Source of the DNA: an uncultured Rickettsiales bacterium
Lineage (GTDB): Bacteria > Pseudomonadota > Alphaproteobacteria > Rickettsiales > UBA8987
Direction of reading: 5' to 3'
Assembly: GCA_964445765.1 (NCBI GenBank)
Contig: CAYULD010000001.1
Span: forward strand, 516,537-580,536
Length of the DNA stretch: 64,000 nucleotides
Shown here: in pieces, positions 1-13,218 of the stretch
How the letters are laid out: every line of letters begins with the position of its first letter
Numbering within the stretch: position 1 is the first letter of the stretch
Made by a program: the position numbers and the translations under genes
Notes under the pieces: generated by a model
Databases searched by the model: none
What the model saw: the letters and a program-made list of their open reading frames with translations, nothing else
Told to the model about the DNA's origin: nothing

Positions 1-1
1 A

Positions 2-643
2 GTTGCCAGATTACTTGGCATACAAAAAATTGCAGATTACGCTAGAAAACTCGGGCTTGGTAACCTTACTGGAATTGAACTTCCATATGAAGAAGCAGGC
101 ATTATACCTGACCCTGCTTGGAAAAGAAAAACATTAAAACAACCTTGGTATGAAGGTGAAACCCTAAATACCGGTATAGGGCAAGGCTATGTTGAAGTTA
201 CGCCGTTACAACTTGCTTTAGCAGCCGCAAGAATAGCAACTGGAAAGAATGTTGAAGCAAGAATTTCCCTACCAGATGGCAAACCAACCAGAAGGGTTTT
301 TAGCAATATACAAGGGCTTTCATCACAAAAATTAGCGATTGTTCAAAGTGGAATGAATATGGTTATTAATGGTAGCGCTGGAACTGCAAGAGCATCAAAA
401 ATTCTTGATAGCATATATAGCTTCGCTGGCAAAACTGGCTCAGCACAATATAAAGCTATTGATAGAAATATTAAAATAAAAAGGGATATTGATACACACT
501 CCTTATTTATGGGCTATGGCCCTGTAAATAGGCCAAGATTTGCGGTTGGTGTAATTGTTGAATTTGGCGGAGGTGGCTCTAAAACTGCCGCACCTATTGC
601 TAGAGATATTCTAAATTTTGCCTTCCAAAAATATCTTGGCTGA
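2..643 (+). CDS. mrdA: Penicillin-binding protein 2 (class B transpeptidase), C-terminal part; 5' end outside window
   Basis: Frame 2 is open from the window edge. The translation (...NTGIGQGYVEVTPLQLA...GKTGSAQ...HSLFMGYGPVNRPRFAVGVIVEFGGGGS) has the KTG(T/S) box and tail typical of PBP2 transpeptidases. Confidence 0.8.
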   Translation, partial: VARLLGIQKIADYARKLGLGNLTGIELPYEEAGIIPDPAWKRKTLKQPWYEGETLNTGIGQGYVEVTPLQLALAAARIATGKNVEARISLPDGKPTRRVFSNIQGLSSQKLAIVQSGMNMVINGSAGTARASKILDSIYSFAGKTGSAQYKAIDRNIKIKRDIDTHSLFMGYGPVNRPRFAVGVIVEFGGGGSKTAAPIARDILNFAFQKYLG

Positions 644-659
644 AATAATCTGTAAAAAA

Positions 660-1250
660 ATGACTTCACCCCTAGAAAATTTAATTAATCTTATCTCTAA
701 ATTGCCAAGTTTAGGCAAGAGATCCGCCACTAGAATAACTCTGCACTTACTTAAGAATGGAGAAAAATTAATGCAACCCTTAGCAAATGCAATTCTAGAA
801 GCTGAAAAATCTATAAAAACTTGCGAAATTTGCGGAAATTTTGATATAATCTCCCCCTGCTCTATTTGCATTGATGAAAAGCGGGATAAATCAATCATAA
901 TGGTTTTAGAAGATGTTTCAGATTTATGGGCAATAAATCGTGGCAGAATTTATAATGGGGTTTTTCATATTTTAGGTGGGGCACTTTCTGCTATGGATGG
1001 CGTGGGGCCAGACAAACTAAATATCGCAAGCCTTCTTTCAAAAGTTAGCACTGGTGAGGTTAAAGAAATTATTCTTGCTACAAACGCAACTATGGAAGGG
1101 CAAACAACCGCCCATTATTTAAGCCAAAGGCTTCAAGAATATAATATTAAGATTACTAGGCTTGCACAAGGCGTTCCGCTCGGTGGTGAAATTGAATATC
1201 TTGACGAAGGGACATTAATAACCGCCCTAAATTCAAGAAGAGATTTTTAA
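660..1250 (+). CDS. recR: Recombination protein RecR
   Basis: ORF 618..1250; the first ATG is at 660 (MTSPLENLINLISKLPSLGKRSATR, HhH region). It has a C4 zinc finger (CEICGNFDIISPCSIC) and a Toprim segment (IMVLEDVSDLWAI...ILATNATMEG). The 618 start would overlap mrdA. Confidence 0.9.
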   Translation: MTSPLENLINLISKLPSLGKRSATRITLHLLKNGEKLMQPLANAILEAEKSIKTCEICGNFDIISPCSICIDEKRDKSIIMVLEDVSDLWAINRGRIYNGVFHILGGALSAMDGVGPDKLNIASLLSKVSTGEVKEIILATNATMEGQTTAHYLSQRLQEYNIKITRLAQGVPLGGEIEYLDEGTLITALNSRRDF

Positions 1251-1270
1251 TTAAGCTCCAATTTTTATAG

Positions 1271-2764
1271 CTATAAACCCTGTAAAACCGAAGGTATAGC
1301 ATTTATTAAATCCTCTGCAATCATACCAAGCCCTAACAAATTTGCACATTCTGAGTGAATCCAAACTCCTGCACAAGCGGCTTCAAAAGCTGGCATATTT
1401 TGAGCAAGCAAACCGCCGATAATTCCCGCTAAAACATCACCACTTCCGGCTGTAGCAAGCCAAGTTGGGGCGTTATAATTTACTGCAATTCTGCCATCTG
1501 GGCTTGCAATAATTGTATCATTACCTTTAAGAACTATAATATTTTCGCATAATTTTGCGGCTTTTGAAGCTCTTTCCAACTTACTGCCATCAACCTCAAA
1601 AACCCTCTTAAACTCGCCTTCGTGAGGGGTTAATACTGATTTTTTATTCTTTTTAAGTGCCTTAATAAATTCCTTTGGCTTATTTTGAAATAAGCTAAAA
1701 ATATCAGCATCTATAACGCAAGATAAACCCTCTTCCAAACATTGATAAACCCTTAAAGGTGCAGATATATCAAACCCAGAGCCACAGCCAAGAATTGCGG
1801 CATTAATTTTTTTGAGCTTGATATATTTTTCTAAATCTTCTGCTTCTTTTAATTTCTTTACCATCACTGAAAGCAGTGATGAGGCATAAATTGGCAGAGA
1901 ATTCTCATCAGCACATATAGTTGCAAGCCCTGCCCCTACCCTCATTGATGCGGTTGCAGCCATTCTTGAAGCACCTGTAAAATCTTCTGCACCGCCATCA
2001 ATTACAATATGGCCTTTATTATATTTATGAATATTTAGGCTATGAATTGGCATTTTATTAATCCATAAATCTTTTGTGTTTAAGAAATATGGATTATAAA
2101 TTTCTTTATTAACTTCATCTGGAATCCCAATATCAACAACCTTTATTTTGCCGACATAAGATTTTGCTGGCAAAATAAAACAGCCAATCTTAGCTTGCTG
2201 ATAACAAATTGTGTAATCTGCTTTTATAGCAATATTTTTAATTTCACCATTATCAGCAGAAACCCCACTTGGAACATCAAGGCTTAAAATCTTAAATTTA
2301 TTTTGATGAGAATTTTTTGCTAAATTAATTTTTTCAAATATTTCAGCGATATCGCCTGTTATATCCCTTTTTAAGCCAGTTCCAAAAACTGCATCAATAA
2401 TTAAATCTGCTTGTTCAAGATAATCTTCATCAAATTCTTCAATATCTATACCATATGAAATTGCAAATTCCATAGCTTGAATATTAAGCTGAGAAACCTT
2501 TCTTAAATTACCTATTGTTGAAATTCTAATATCATAACCCCTTTCACTTAAAAGCCTTGCAGTTATATAGCCATCACCGCCATTATTTCCAGTGCCACAT
2601 AGAATATATATCGCATCACCATTCTTTTTATTATCAAGAATTTCATCAACATAATTAGCAGTTTTTTCTGCCGCATTACACATCAAGGTAAATGATGAAA
2701 TGCCAAATCTTTCTGATTCTTCATCAGCTTGCCTAGAAGTTGCGGAGTTATAAATTTTTATCAT
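1271..2764 (-). CDS. nnr: Bifunctional NAD(P)H-hydrate repair enzyme (epimerase/ADP-dependent dehydratase)
   Basis: 497-aa ORF. The N-terminal YjeF motif is YILCGTGNNGGDGY and the C-terminal carbohydrate-kinase motif is AGSGDVLAGIIGGLLAQ. Confidence 0.85.
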   Translation of the reverse strand: MIKIYNSATSRQADEESERFGISSFTLMCNAAEKTANYVDEILDNKKNGDAIYILCGTGNNGGDGYITARLLSERGYDIRISTIGNLRKVSQLNIQAMEFAISYGIDIEEFDEDYLEQADLIIDAVFGTGLKRDITGDIAEIFEKINLAKNSHQNKFKILSLDVPSGVSADNGEIKNIAIKADYTICYQQAKIGCFILPAKSYVGKIKVVDIGIPDEVNKEIYNPYFLNTKDLWINKMPIHSLNIHKYNKGHIVIDGGAEDFTGASRMAATASMRVGAGLATICADENSLPIYASSLLSVMVKKLKEAEDLEKYIKLKKINAAILGCGSGFDISAPLRVYQCLEEGLSCVIDADIFSLFQNKPKEFIKALKKNKKSVLTPHEGEFKRVFEVDGSKLERASKAAKLCENIIVLKGNDTIIASPDGRIAVNYNAPTWLATAGSGDVLAGIIGGLLAQNMPAFEAACAGVWIHSECANLLGLGMIAEDLINAIPSVLQGL

Positions 2765-2936
2765 TCTATGGTAAAATTAATTCAATTTCTAAAAATAGCT
2801 AAACAAGAAAAATATAATTTTTCAATATATAAAGTTAAATTCTAGATATAAAACTTGAGATGAAATAATTTGTGAGGCAAAAAAAGAAAGTAAGGGTAAA
2901 ATTGTAAAAAACAGCATTATTATAAACCTTTTTTTA

Positions 2937-3053
2937 GTCTGGCAGCGACTTACTTTCCCATGACTTAAGACATAGTATCATCAGCGTGTGAGGTCTTAAC
3001 TTCTGAGTTCGGGATGGGATCAGGTGTGTCCCCTCAGCTATAACCACCAGACA
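2937..3053 (-). rRNA. rrf: 5S ribosomal RNA
   Basis: The reverse complement reads TGTCTGGTGGTTATAGCTGAGGGGACACACCTGATCCCATCCCGAACTCAGAAGTTAAG...CGCTGCCAGACT. This is collinear with bacterial 5S (CCGAACTCAGAAGTGAAAC core) and the terminal helix pairs. Confidence 0.9.
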
Positions 3054-3186
3054 AAGAAAAGGTTTATATTGTAAAAAGGTAAAGAATAATAACTCAAAAA
3101 AATATAGTAAGCAATATTAAAACAATGTTCTAAACGAAAGCTTAGCACTGCTTTAGTGTCATCGCAACTCTTATAAAATCGTTAAG

Positions 3187-5989
<2,803 letters not shown>

Positions 5990-6223
5990 ATGAAGAATTA
6001 TTCTAAATTTTTGCCGATTCTATTTGAGATTACGATGACCTAATGCAGAACTAAACTTTTTAGCTCAAAACAATTCGCACTTTTAAGTGCGCTGTCTTAA
6101 CATCGCTCATCTATAATTTATATTGATATTATTATCTTTACCAGACAACAATCTAATGCTGTTATTTACAATTTTAAAAAACATCCAAGCAGATAAATTA
6201 ACTTCATTGCGTTGGGAGTGAGG

Positions 6224-6252
6224 TGTATAATATCAAGTTTTAGATATGTCAA
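6224..6252 (-). promoter_or_regulatory. Candidate sigma70 promoter for the rrl-rrf unit
   Basis: On the minus strand: TTGACA (6252-6247), 17-nt spacer, TATACA (6229-6224). An A/T-rich UP-like tract (AAAAAATAATAAAATTGTAATTTT) lies just upstream and a C-rich discriminator (CCTCACTCCC) downstream, about 230 nt before the 23S 5' end. The -10 hexamer is imperfect. Confidence 0.35.
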
Positions 6253-6422
6253 CAGCTAAAATTACAATTTTATTATTTTTTACAAAAAACCCTTGAAAGC
6301 CAATTACAAAGCCAAAGAAAAAATAATATTTTTTACATTTTATTTACAAAAAACCTCGTTAATTGTTTTTTAACTTTTTATGATTAATATGTATTAATAT
6401 TAGTATTTTTTGGATTGAATTA

Positions 6423-8015
6423 ATGAGTAAACATAGCCTACAAATTGGCAAGCAAGCCTATCTTGCAATATATGCACCGGTTGTTGATATATATTTTCCT
6501 GATAATAAAAAACTTAAAATTTACGAAAATTTCTTTGAGAATGCAAATAATGAAGGGGTTAGTGAAGCGTTAAATAAGATAAAAGAAATTATTTCAGAAA
6601 GTAGAGAATTTATTGTAGATAAAGAGAAATCCGGCTTAGATATTTCAGGAATGGCAAAAGATAAAGCTGATGCTAATGCAAATACTCACGCTTTTTTAAT
6701 AGAAAAAACAAAAGAGCTAAGCAAGCATTTTGATGTTATAAACAGAGCGTTACAAAGCTCAAATTCTCAGAATAAACCTGCAAAATATGAAATTTATAAA
6801 ATTGGTGGCACTGGCCCTAATAAATTGTGGAATTTATTAAGCATCAGAAAAGAGAAAAATATTAACGCCGTTATAATTGGCCCGATAGGTAACCCTGATA
6901 TTGAAGAGAACCAAGGCTTGCCTAAATTTAGTGAAATCTGTAAAAATTATTATAAAAAAAATGGAATAAATTTTATAGAATTATCTGAGGATACTAATAA
7001 CACCGTAACTGCTCATAATTTTGTTTTTGGCAAAGATTTTTTTGAAAAAGAAGATAATTATTCAAAAGATAAATTTATTCTCAAAAGTGGCGAATTTTCC
7101 AATCCAAATGTTAAAATAGCTGCCGTAGATAAAAAATGGTTTGAAAAATTTAAGCAACCCTTATTGAAAGCAGTTTCTGAATGCAGATATTTCTTTTTAG
7201 AAGGGAATTTTGGCTTAAAAATTGGCAAAGAAAATTACAAAGAAGTTCACAATTCAATAGGAAAAAAGACAAATGAAAATTCAGATACTTCTCACAATGT
7301 TTATTCTCCGCCCACTGATGTAAATGCTTTATTAACCGAAGAAAATTTTAGAAAAACTGAGCTTGAGGCCTTATCTAAAACAAATTGTGAATTTATTGCA
7401 ATGAATGAAAGCGAAGCATTAGCTTTATTCAGCGATAAAATAGATGAAGGCATTACCTCAGATGAAATAAAAAAGATTTCTAAGGAAGGTTTTGATAACC
7501 CTAAATTTCAAAAAATGCTTGGTGAGGTTTCAAAAATTATGGCAGAAAAAGAGCAGAAAATGATAGAGGAGAATAATAATAGCAATGCACTTTTTGTAGA
7601 GCCAATTTGCATTATAACCTTCGGAGATAAAGGCTCTTTCTTAGTTGATTCAAAAGATCATATATTTTGCGAGCCTCAAAAAGTTGAAAATATTGTTGAT
7701 GTTACAGGAGCTGGGGATTCCTTCGCTGCAACTGCATTTGCATTACGAAATTATTTTTGGGTTAACAGAAGAGAGAATGAACATAAAGGAAAATTAATTA
7801 ATTATGAGAATGGAATTTTTAGGCTAAAAAATGAAGAAAAAATAGCTATATTAAAGGGGGCAACAAATGTTGCATCTGAGGTTATACAACATTTTGGAGC
7901 ACAAATAGAGGATACAAAAGTTTTTGATGCGGCGATGAGCGTTATTGAAGTGCCTGCAAAGGGGGAATCCGCCTCAGCCCCAGAAATTCCTGCCCCCAAC
8001 AAACGAAGGGAGTAA
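6423..8015 (+). CDS. Divergent PfkB/ribokinase-superfamily kinase-like protein with large insertions
   Basis: 530-aa ORF. Ribokinase-family landmarks appear in the right order (IGGTGPN, NESEA, IITFGDKGSFLV, DVTGAGDSFAATAFAL) but are separated by long K/E/N-rich segments absent from ordinary family members. Confidence 0.5.
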   Translation: MSKHSLQIGKQAYLAIYAPVVDIYFPDNKKLKIYENFFENANNEGVSEALNKIKEIISESREFIVDKEKSGLDISGMAKDKADANANTHAFLIEKTKELSKHFDVINRALQSSNSQNKPAKYEIYKIGGTGPNKLWNLLSIRKEKNINAVIIGPIGNPDIEENQGLPKFSEICKNYYKKNGINFIELSEDTNNTVTAHNFVFGKDFFEKEDNYSKDKFILKSGEFSNPNVKIAAVDKKWFEKFKQPLLKAVSECRYFFLEGNFGLKIGKENYKEVHNSIGKKTNENSDTSHNVYSPPTDVNALLTEENFRKTELEALSKTNCEFIAMNESEALALFSDKIDEGITSDEIKKISKEGFDNPKFQKMLGEVSKIMAEKEQKMIEENNNSNALFVEPICIITFGDKGSFLVDSKDHIFCEPQKVENIVDVTGAGDSFAATAFALRNYFWVNRRENEHKGKLINYENGIFRLKNEEKIAILKGATNVASEVIQHFGAQIEDTKVFDAAMSVIEVPAKGESASAPEIPAPNKRRE

Positions 8016-8019
8016 AATA

Positions 8020-8244
8020 ATGAATATTACAAAATCTGAAAATATTATAAAATTTGAACTAGAAGTTAATAACCTGCCCTGTTGGCATTGGGTAGAGGTT
8101 AAAGAAACAATGCTACCACTTGCAAAAAAAGTTCAAAAAGGTGATAATATTGATATTGCAAAATTTGGTAGAATTATAATCTCTGGCTGGGGAAACAACG
8201 CCCCCTGCAGACAGGAAGTTTTAGAAAAACTAAGAAATAATTAA
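8020..8244 (+). CDS. Hypothetical small protein (75 aa)
   Basis: ATG at 8020 is preceded by GGGAG 8 nt upstream. The longer 7945 start overlaps the upstream gene. No recognisable motif. Confidence 0.4.
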   Translation: MNITKSENIIKFELEVNNLPCWHWVEVKETMLPLAKKVQKGDNIDIAKFGRIIISGWGNNAPCRQEVLEKLRNN

Positions 8245-8264
8245 CCATCCATCACCACTCAAAA

Positions 8265-8972
8265 CTAAGCAACATCTGGCCTTGCACCTTTGATAATTTT
8301 AACGGTAATTACTTTAATAACATATATTCCATCTGGGCGAGGTAATGGAATAATTTTAATATTTCTCATTGTTTGAGAATTATTTGTAGAAGTAACTATA
8401 GAGAAAGAATTATCCCTTTTATTATCAATTGAATCTTTTATCTTTTCTAAATATTTTTCATTAAAAAATTCTTTGTTAAGAATTTCTTCATAAGTTTTAG
8501 TTTCAACTGCATCATCAGACATATATTCTTTAGCAAAATTTTCATTAAAGAATATTATTTTGCCTTTTTTATTAACCAGTGCAAAACAACTTGAGTAAGA
8601 TTCCAAAGATTTAGATAAGAATAAACTCATAAACTCAGTTGCAGTGAGTGATAATTTGAGCTTCTTAACTATATAAAGCGAATATGCCGTAACTATAACG
8701 AAAACCACTAGCATATATTGAATAACATTTAGCACCTCAGATTTTTCTTGCATACTCAAGATAACCATAGTGCTGAAATATATCATCAGGGTGATAAACA
8801 AAATTTGAGTGATGAAAAATATCGTAATCATCCAATTAGGAACAAGCTCATGCCCCCTTTTATAAAAGCTACCAGAGGTTTTTATAATTTCCTGCCAATC
8901 TTTTCTATCAATAAATCTCTTAGGCAATATTTGCTTTTCCTTTTTGTTTGTAACATTTTCATTAACTGACAT
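8265..8972 (-). CDS. Hypothetical membrane protein with C-terminal PAS-like fold, no output domain
   Basis: 235-aa ORF with two hydrophobic helices (WMITIFFITQILFITLMIYFSTMVIL; VIQYMLVVFVIVTAYSLYIV). These are followed by a PAS-like segment (FALVNKKGKIIFFNENFAKEYM...). Confidence 0.45.
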   Translation of the reverse strand: MSVNENVTNKKEKQILPKRFIDRKDWQEIIKTSGSFYKRGHELVPNWMITIFFITQILFITLMIYFSTMVILSMQEKSEVLNVIQYMLVVFVIVTAYSLYIVKKLKLSLTATEFMSLFLSKSLESYSSCFALVNKKGKIIFFNENFAKEYMSDDAVETKTYEEILNKEFFNEKYLEKIKDSIDNKRDNSFSIVTSTNNSQTMRNIKIIPLPRPDGIYVIKVITVKIIKGARPDVA

Positions 8973-9012
8973 AAAAACCTTTAATTTAATTTTTCTTGTT
9001 CAAGATAAACCA

Positions 9013-9873
9013 CTAAGATTTGCTTTCCAAATGATTTTTTATTTTTAGCAGGTCAAACCATACATTTTTTTTCTGACTAGGTTGTCTTAGCAAATATGAA
9101 GGGTGAAAAATTGCAAAACAATCTATAATTTTATTATTATAGTTGTCATTATACTCTAAAATTTGCTTTCTTAAAATAGAAATTGATTCTTTACTATTTA
9201 TTACTGAGCTTGTTGCAGTTGCACCAACTAGCACTATTATTTTTGGCTGAATTAGAGCAATATGTTTTTCAACAAATGGCCTGCAAATTGATATTTCTTC
9301 AGGGGTTGGCTTGCGATTGCCGGGTGGTCGCCAAAAAATTGAATTTGTGATATAAAAGCTATTATGCTCACTATCCCCTGCCCTAGTAAAACCAATATGT
9401 TTAATCATCTCATCTAAAAGCCTGCCTGAAACACCACAAAATGGGCGAGCTTGAATATCTTCATTTTCGCCTGGGGCTTCACCAATAAACATAATTTTTG
9501 CTTTTGGGTTGCCTTCTGCAAAAACACAATTTGTAGCTGATTTTTTAATTGATAGCCCATCAAAATCAGATACAATTTGTTTTAATTCTTCTAAATTTTT
9601 AGCTTTATTCGCAAGCTCTTTTGCTTTATTTATCCATTCTAATGTTGATTTATTTAATGCATCGCTTGCTGTAGGAGCTAGTTTTTGAATTTGATTTGTA
9701 ACAATTTTTTTATCTTCTGAATTTTTCTTTGCAGATTTTGGCATTTCTGAAATTTTGTTATTAGCTTTTAATTCTTCAGCAAAATCTGAAATAATATTTT
9801 TTGTACTTGAAAAAACCCAACCAGCACCAAATTCTTTTTGAATTTCAAGGGCTTTTATTGAATTTTCAAACAT
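9013..9873 (-). CDS. Uracil-DNA glycosylase, family 4, with N-terminal extension
   Basis: Motif A is GEAPGENED, followed by PFCGVSGRLL; motif B is HPSYLLR. The start lies 5 nt after the atpC stop, so it is probably co-transcribed. Confidence 0.8.
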   Translation of the reverse strand: MFENSIKALEIQKEFGAGWVFSSTKNIISDFAEELKANNKISEMPKSAKKNSEDKKIVTNQIQKLAPTASDALNKSTLEWINKAKELANKAKNLEELKQIVSDFDGLSIKKSATNCVFAEGNPKAKIMFIGEAPGENEDIQARPFCGVSGRLLDEMIKHIGFTRAGDSEHNSFYITNSIFWRPPGNRKPTPEEISICRPFVEKHIALIQPKIIVLVGATATSSVINSKESISILRKQILEYNDNYNNKIIDCFAIFHPSYLLRQPSQKKNVWFDLLKIKNHLESKS

Positions 9874-9878
9874 ATTTA

Positions 9879-10265
9879 TTATATGGCTTCTGCAAGAGAA
9901 GAATAGAGTTCAATTTCTTCTTCAGCAAGTAATTTCTCTAAATCATTTTGAGAGTGTTTTAAGCGTATTTTTGCGTGCTCTAACTTATCAACTGCAAATT
10001 CTTTTGTTGTATTAGAAAGATCAAAAGCCTCACTAGCAAGAACTGAGCATTCTGCTTGATTAACTTCTGCAAAGCCACCGGCTACAAAAAATTTTTTTAC
10101 TGAATTATTACCCTCAATAATACCAACAACGCCGTTTTTTAAGGTTGAAATAAGCGGTGCGTGATCAGCTAAAACGCCAAATTCGCCAGCTTCACCCGGC
10201 AAAGTTGCCTGTGCAACCTCACCTGTATATATTAACTTTCCGGGGGTAGTAATTTCTAGTTTCAT
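9879..10265 (-). CDS. atpC: F1 ATP synthase subunit epsilon
   Basis: 128-aa ORF downstream of atpD. The N-terminal beta-sandwich pattern (LEITTPGKLIYTGEVAQATLPGEAGEFGVLADHAPLIS) is typical of epsilon. Confidence 0.9.
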   Translation of the reverse strand: MKLEITTPGKLIYTGEVAQATLPGEAGEFGVLADHAPLISTLKNGVVGIIEGNNSVKKFFVAGGFAEVNQAECSVLASEAFDLSNTTKEFAVDKLEHAKIRLKHSQNDLEKLLAEEEIELYSSLAEAI

Positions 10266-10267
10266 AA

Positions 10268-10360
10268 TAGGTTCTAGGGTTTAGGTTTCTGGGGGGGTAG
10301 GATAAGAGATTTTAGTCAGAGATACTCCCCTAACACCTAATCCCTAGACCCTAACCCCTT
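10268..10360. repeat. Heptad-array palindromic element (atpD|atpC spacer)
   Basis: The left arm is TAGGTTC TAGGGTT TAGGTTT... and the right arm is CCCCTAA CACCTAA TCCCTAG ACCCTAA CCCCTTA. The arms are inverted and imperfect, and the element fills the whole spacer. Confidence 0.7.
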
Positions 10361-10363
10361 AAA

Positions 10364-11797
<1,434 letters not shown>

Positions 11798-11798
11798 T

Positions 11799-11890
11799 TA
11801 GGTTCTAGGTGCTAGGTTCTAGGTGTTAGGGGTTTGCTTTTATAAAAATAAAAACACCCTAAATCCTAGAACCTAGCACCTAGCACCTAA
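11799..11890. repeat. Heptad-array palindromic element (atpG|atpD spacer)
   Basis: Five TAGGKKY heptads (11799-11833), a 21-nt AT loop, then five inverse heptads (11855-11890). The arms are complementary at 30 of 35 positions, and the last unit contains the atpG TAG stop. Confidence 0.8.
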
Positions 11891-12792
11891 AGTGCTTCCG
11901 CCCCTGAAATAATTTCAATCAGCTCTTTAGTAATATTCGCTTGGCGGGTGCGGTTATATTGCAAACTTAATTTATTAATCATCTCACCAGCGTTTTTAGT
12001 GGCGTTGTCCATAGCAGTCATTCTTGCACCTTGCTCAGAAGCCGAATTTTCAAGAAGAGAAGTAAATATTTGAACTGAAATATTTTTAGGTAAAAGCGTT
12101 TTCAAGATAGATTCTTCATCAGGCTCATATTCATAAACTGATTTAGAATTATCTTTATTATTATCATTGGCTTCTACTTCAGAAAGTTGCGACGGTATAA
12201 GTGACTTTGGCGTTACAATTTGCACCAAAGGATTAACAAATTTTGAATAAATAATTTCCGCTGAGTCAATTTCACCCTTTTCAAATAAATCTATAACAAT
12301 TTTGCCAATTTCATCTGCTTCAGAAAATTCAGTTTGCTTGCCTTTCATTGCATTAACAGAAAAAATTATATCCCTGCTGTAAAGAGATTTAAGAACATCC
12401 CTAGCCTTTTTGCCAATAGTAATAATTTTAACTTGCTTACCTTGTGATTTTAATTTCTCAATTTTTGCTTTACTTGCCTTAATTAAGGAGCCGTTAAAAT
12501 TGCCACATAAGCCCCTATCTGAGCTTGTAACTATAAGCAAGATTTTCTCATTTATAACATTACCTTCTTTATCAATTATTCCTTTTAGAATTTCTGGCAA
12601 TTCATTTTCTTGCATTGAGCCTGCAAGGTTAGATATTATTTGTTGAATTTTTCTTGCATAAGGCCTTGTATCTTCCGCACGCTCTTGCATTCTGCGGAGT
12701 TTTGAAGCCGCAACCATTTTCATCGCTTTAGTAATCTTGCGAGTATTTTTAACTGAACCGATACGATTTTTTAAGGCTTTTAAACTAGGCAT
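11887..12792 (-). CDS. atpG: F1 ATP synthase subunit gamma
   Basis: N-terminus is MPSLKALKNRIGSVKNTRKITKAMKMVAASKLRR and C-terminus is NRTRQANITKELIEIISGAEAL. Confidence 0.95.
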   Translation of the reverse strand: MPSLKALKNRIGSVKNTRKITKAMKMVAASKLRRMQERAEDTRPYARKIQQIISNLAGSMQENELPEILKGIIDKEGNVINEKILLIVTSSDRGLCGNFNGSLIKASKAKIEKLKSQGKQVKIITIGKKARDVLKSLYSRDIIFSVNAMKGKQTEFSEADEIGKIVIDLFEKGEIDSAEIIYSKFVNPLVQIVTPKSLIPSQLSEVEANDNNKDNSKSVYEYEPDEESILKTLLPKNISVQIFTSLLENSASEQGARMTAMDNATKNAGEMINKLSLQYNRTRQANITKELIEIISGAEAL

Positions 12793-12811
12793 AAAAATTA
12801 TATTAAGATAA

Positions 12812-12839
12812 CTAGATTACTTGATAACTGGATTACTAG
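12812..12839. repeat. Left 28-bp inverted repeat of the four-helix-bundle cassette
   Basis: CTAGATTACTTGATAACTGGATTACTAG matches the reverse complement of 13215-13242 at 23 of 28 positions (core GATAACTGGAT). Confidence 0.65.
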
Positions 12840-13218
12840 AATTTAAGTTTTCAATTAGCCTACTCATCATTTTTGATATTTTTAAATAATCATTTTTAAA
12901 TTTAACATGTTCACCTTGATTTAAATAACCAAGATCAAAACAGAAATCTAACCAAAGTTCCGTTTCCTTTGCAGAAGCTATAGATATTGTAAAATATCTT
13001 CTAAATTCAGCTTTGGAAAATCTTTGCTTTGCAAAACCCTCCACAATATTAGCACAAATACCCTTTGAAGACCTTCTTAACTGAGAAGCAATCTCATACT
13101 GCTCAGCTTTAGGGAATTTTTGAGTTATTTTGTGTAATTCTAAAGCAGAGGAATAAGAAAGTTTGTAAATTTCTAAGTCCTGTGCCTCTTTTACAAATAC
13201 CCCATAACTAAATTCCAG
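12817..13218 (-). CDS. Four-helix-bundle protein (23S rRNA intervening-sequence protein / Avd-like family); no canonical start codon
   Basis: The track ORF (GTG at 13044) starts mid-domain. The frame stays open upstream to 13218, giving LEFSYGVFVKEAQDLEIYKLSYSSALELHKITQKFPKAEQYEIASQLRRSSKGICANIVEGFAKQRFSKAEFRRYFTISIASAKETELWLDFCFDLGYL... This matches the family over its full length, but there is no in-frame ATG/GTG/TTG before 13044 (only CTG at 13216-13218 and ATT codons). Confidence 0.6.
   Translation of the reverse strand: MEFSYGVFVKEAQDLEIYKLSYSSALELHKITQKFPKAEQYEIASQLRRSSKGICANIVEGFAKQRFSKAEFRRYFTISIASAKETELWLDFCFDLGYLNQGEHVKFKNDYLKISKMMSRLIENLNSSNPVIK

Noticed and set aside
611-898. 95-aa minus-strand ORF overlapping the mrdA end and recR
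   Set aside because: It is antisense to two well-supported genes and has no motif. It is a typical shadow ORF.
7945-8019. Upstream extension of the small ORF 7945..8244 overlapping the PfkB-like gene
   Set aside because: An ATG at 8020 with a GGGAG Shine-Dalgarno 8 nt upstream gives a non-overlapping gene, so the extension is unnecessary.
12817-13044. 75-aa track ORF (GTG start) taken as the complete four-helix-bundle gene
   Set aside because: Family similarity and the open frame continue 58 codons upstream to 13218. The GTG encodes an internal Val of the conserved NIVEGF segment, so the 75-aa call is a truncation.
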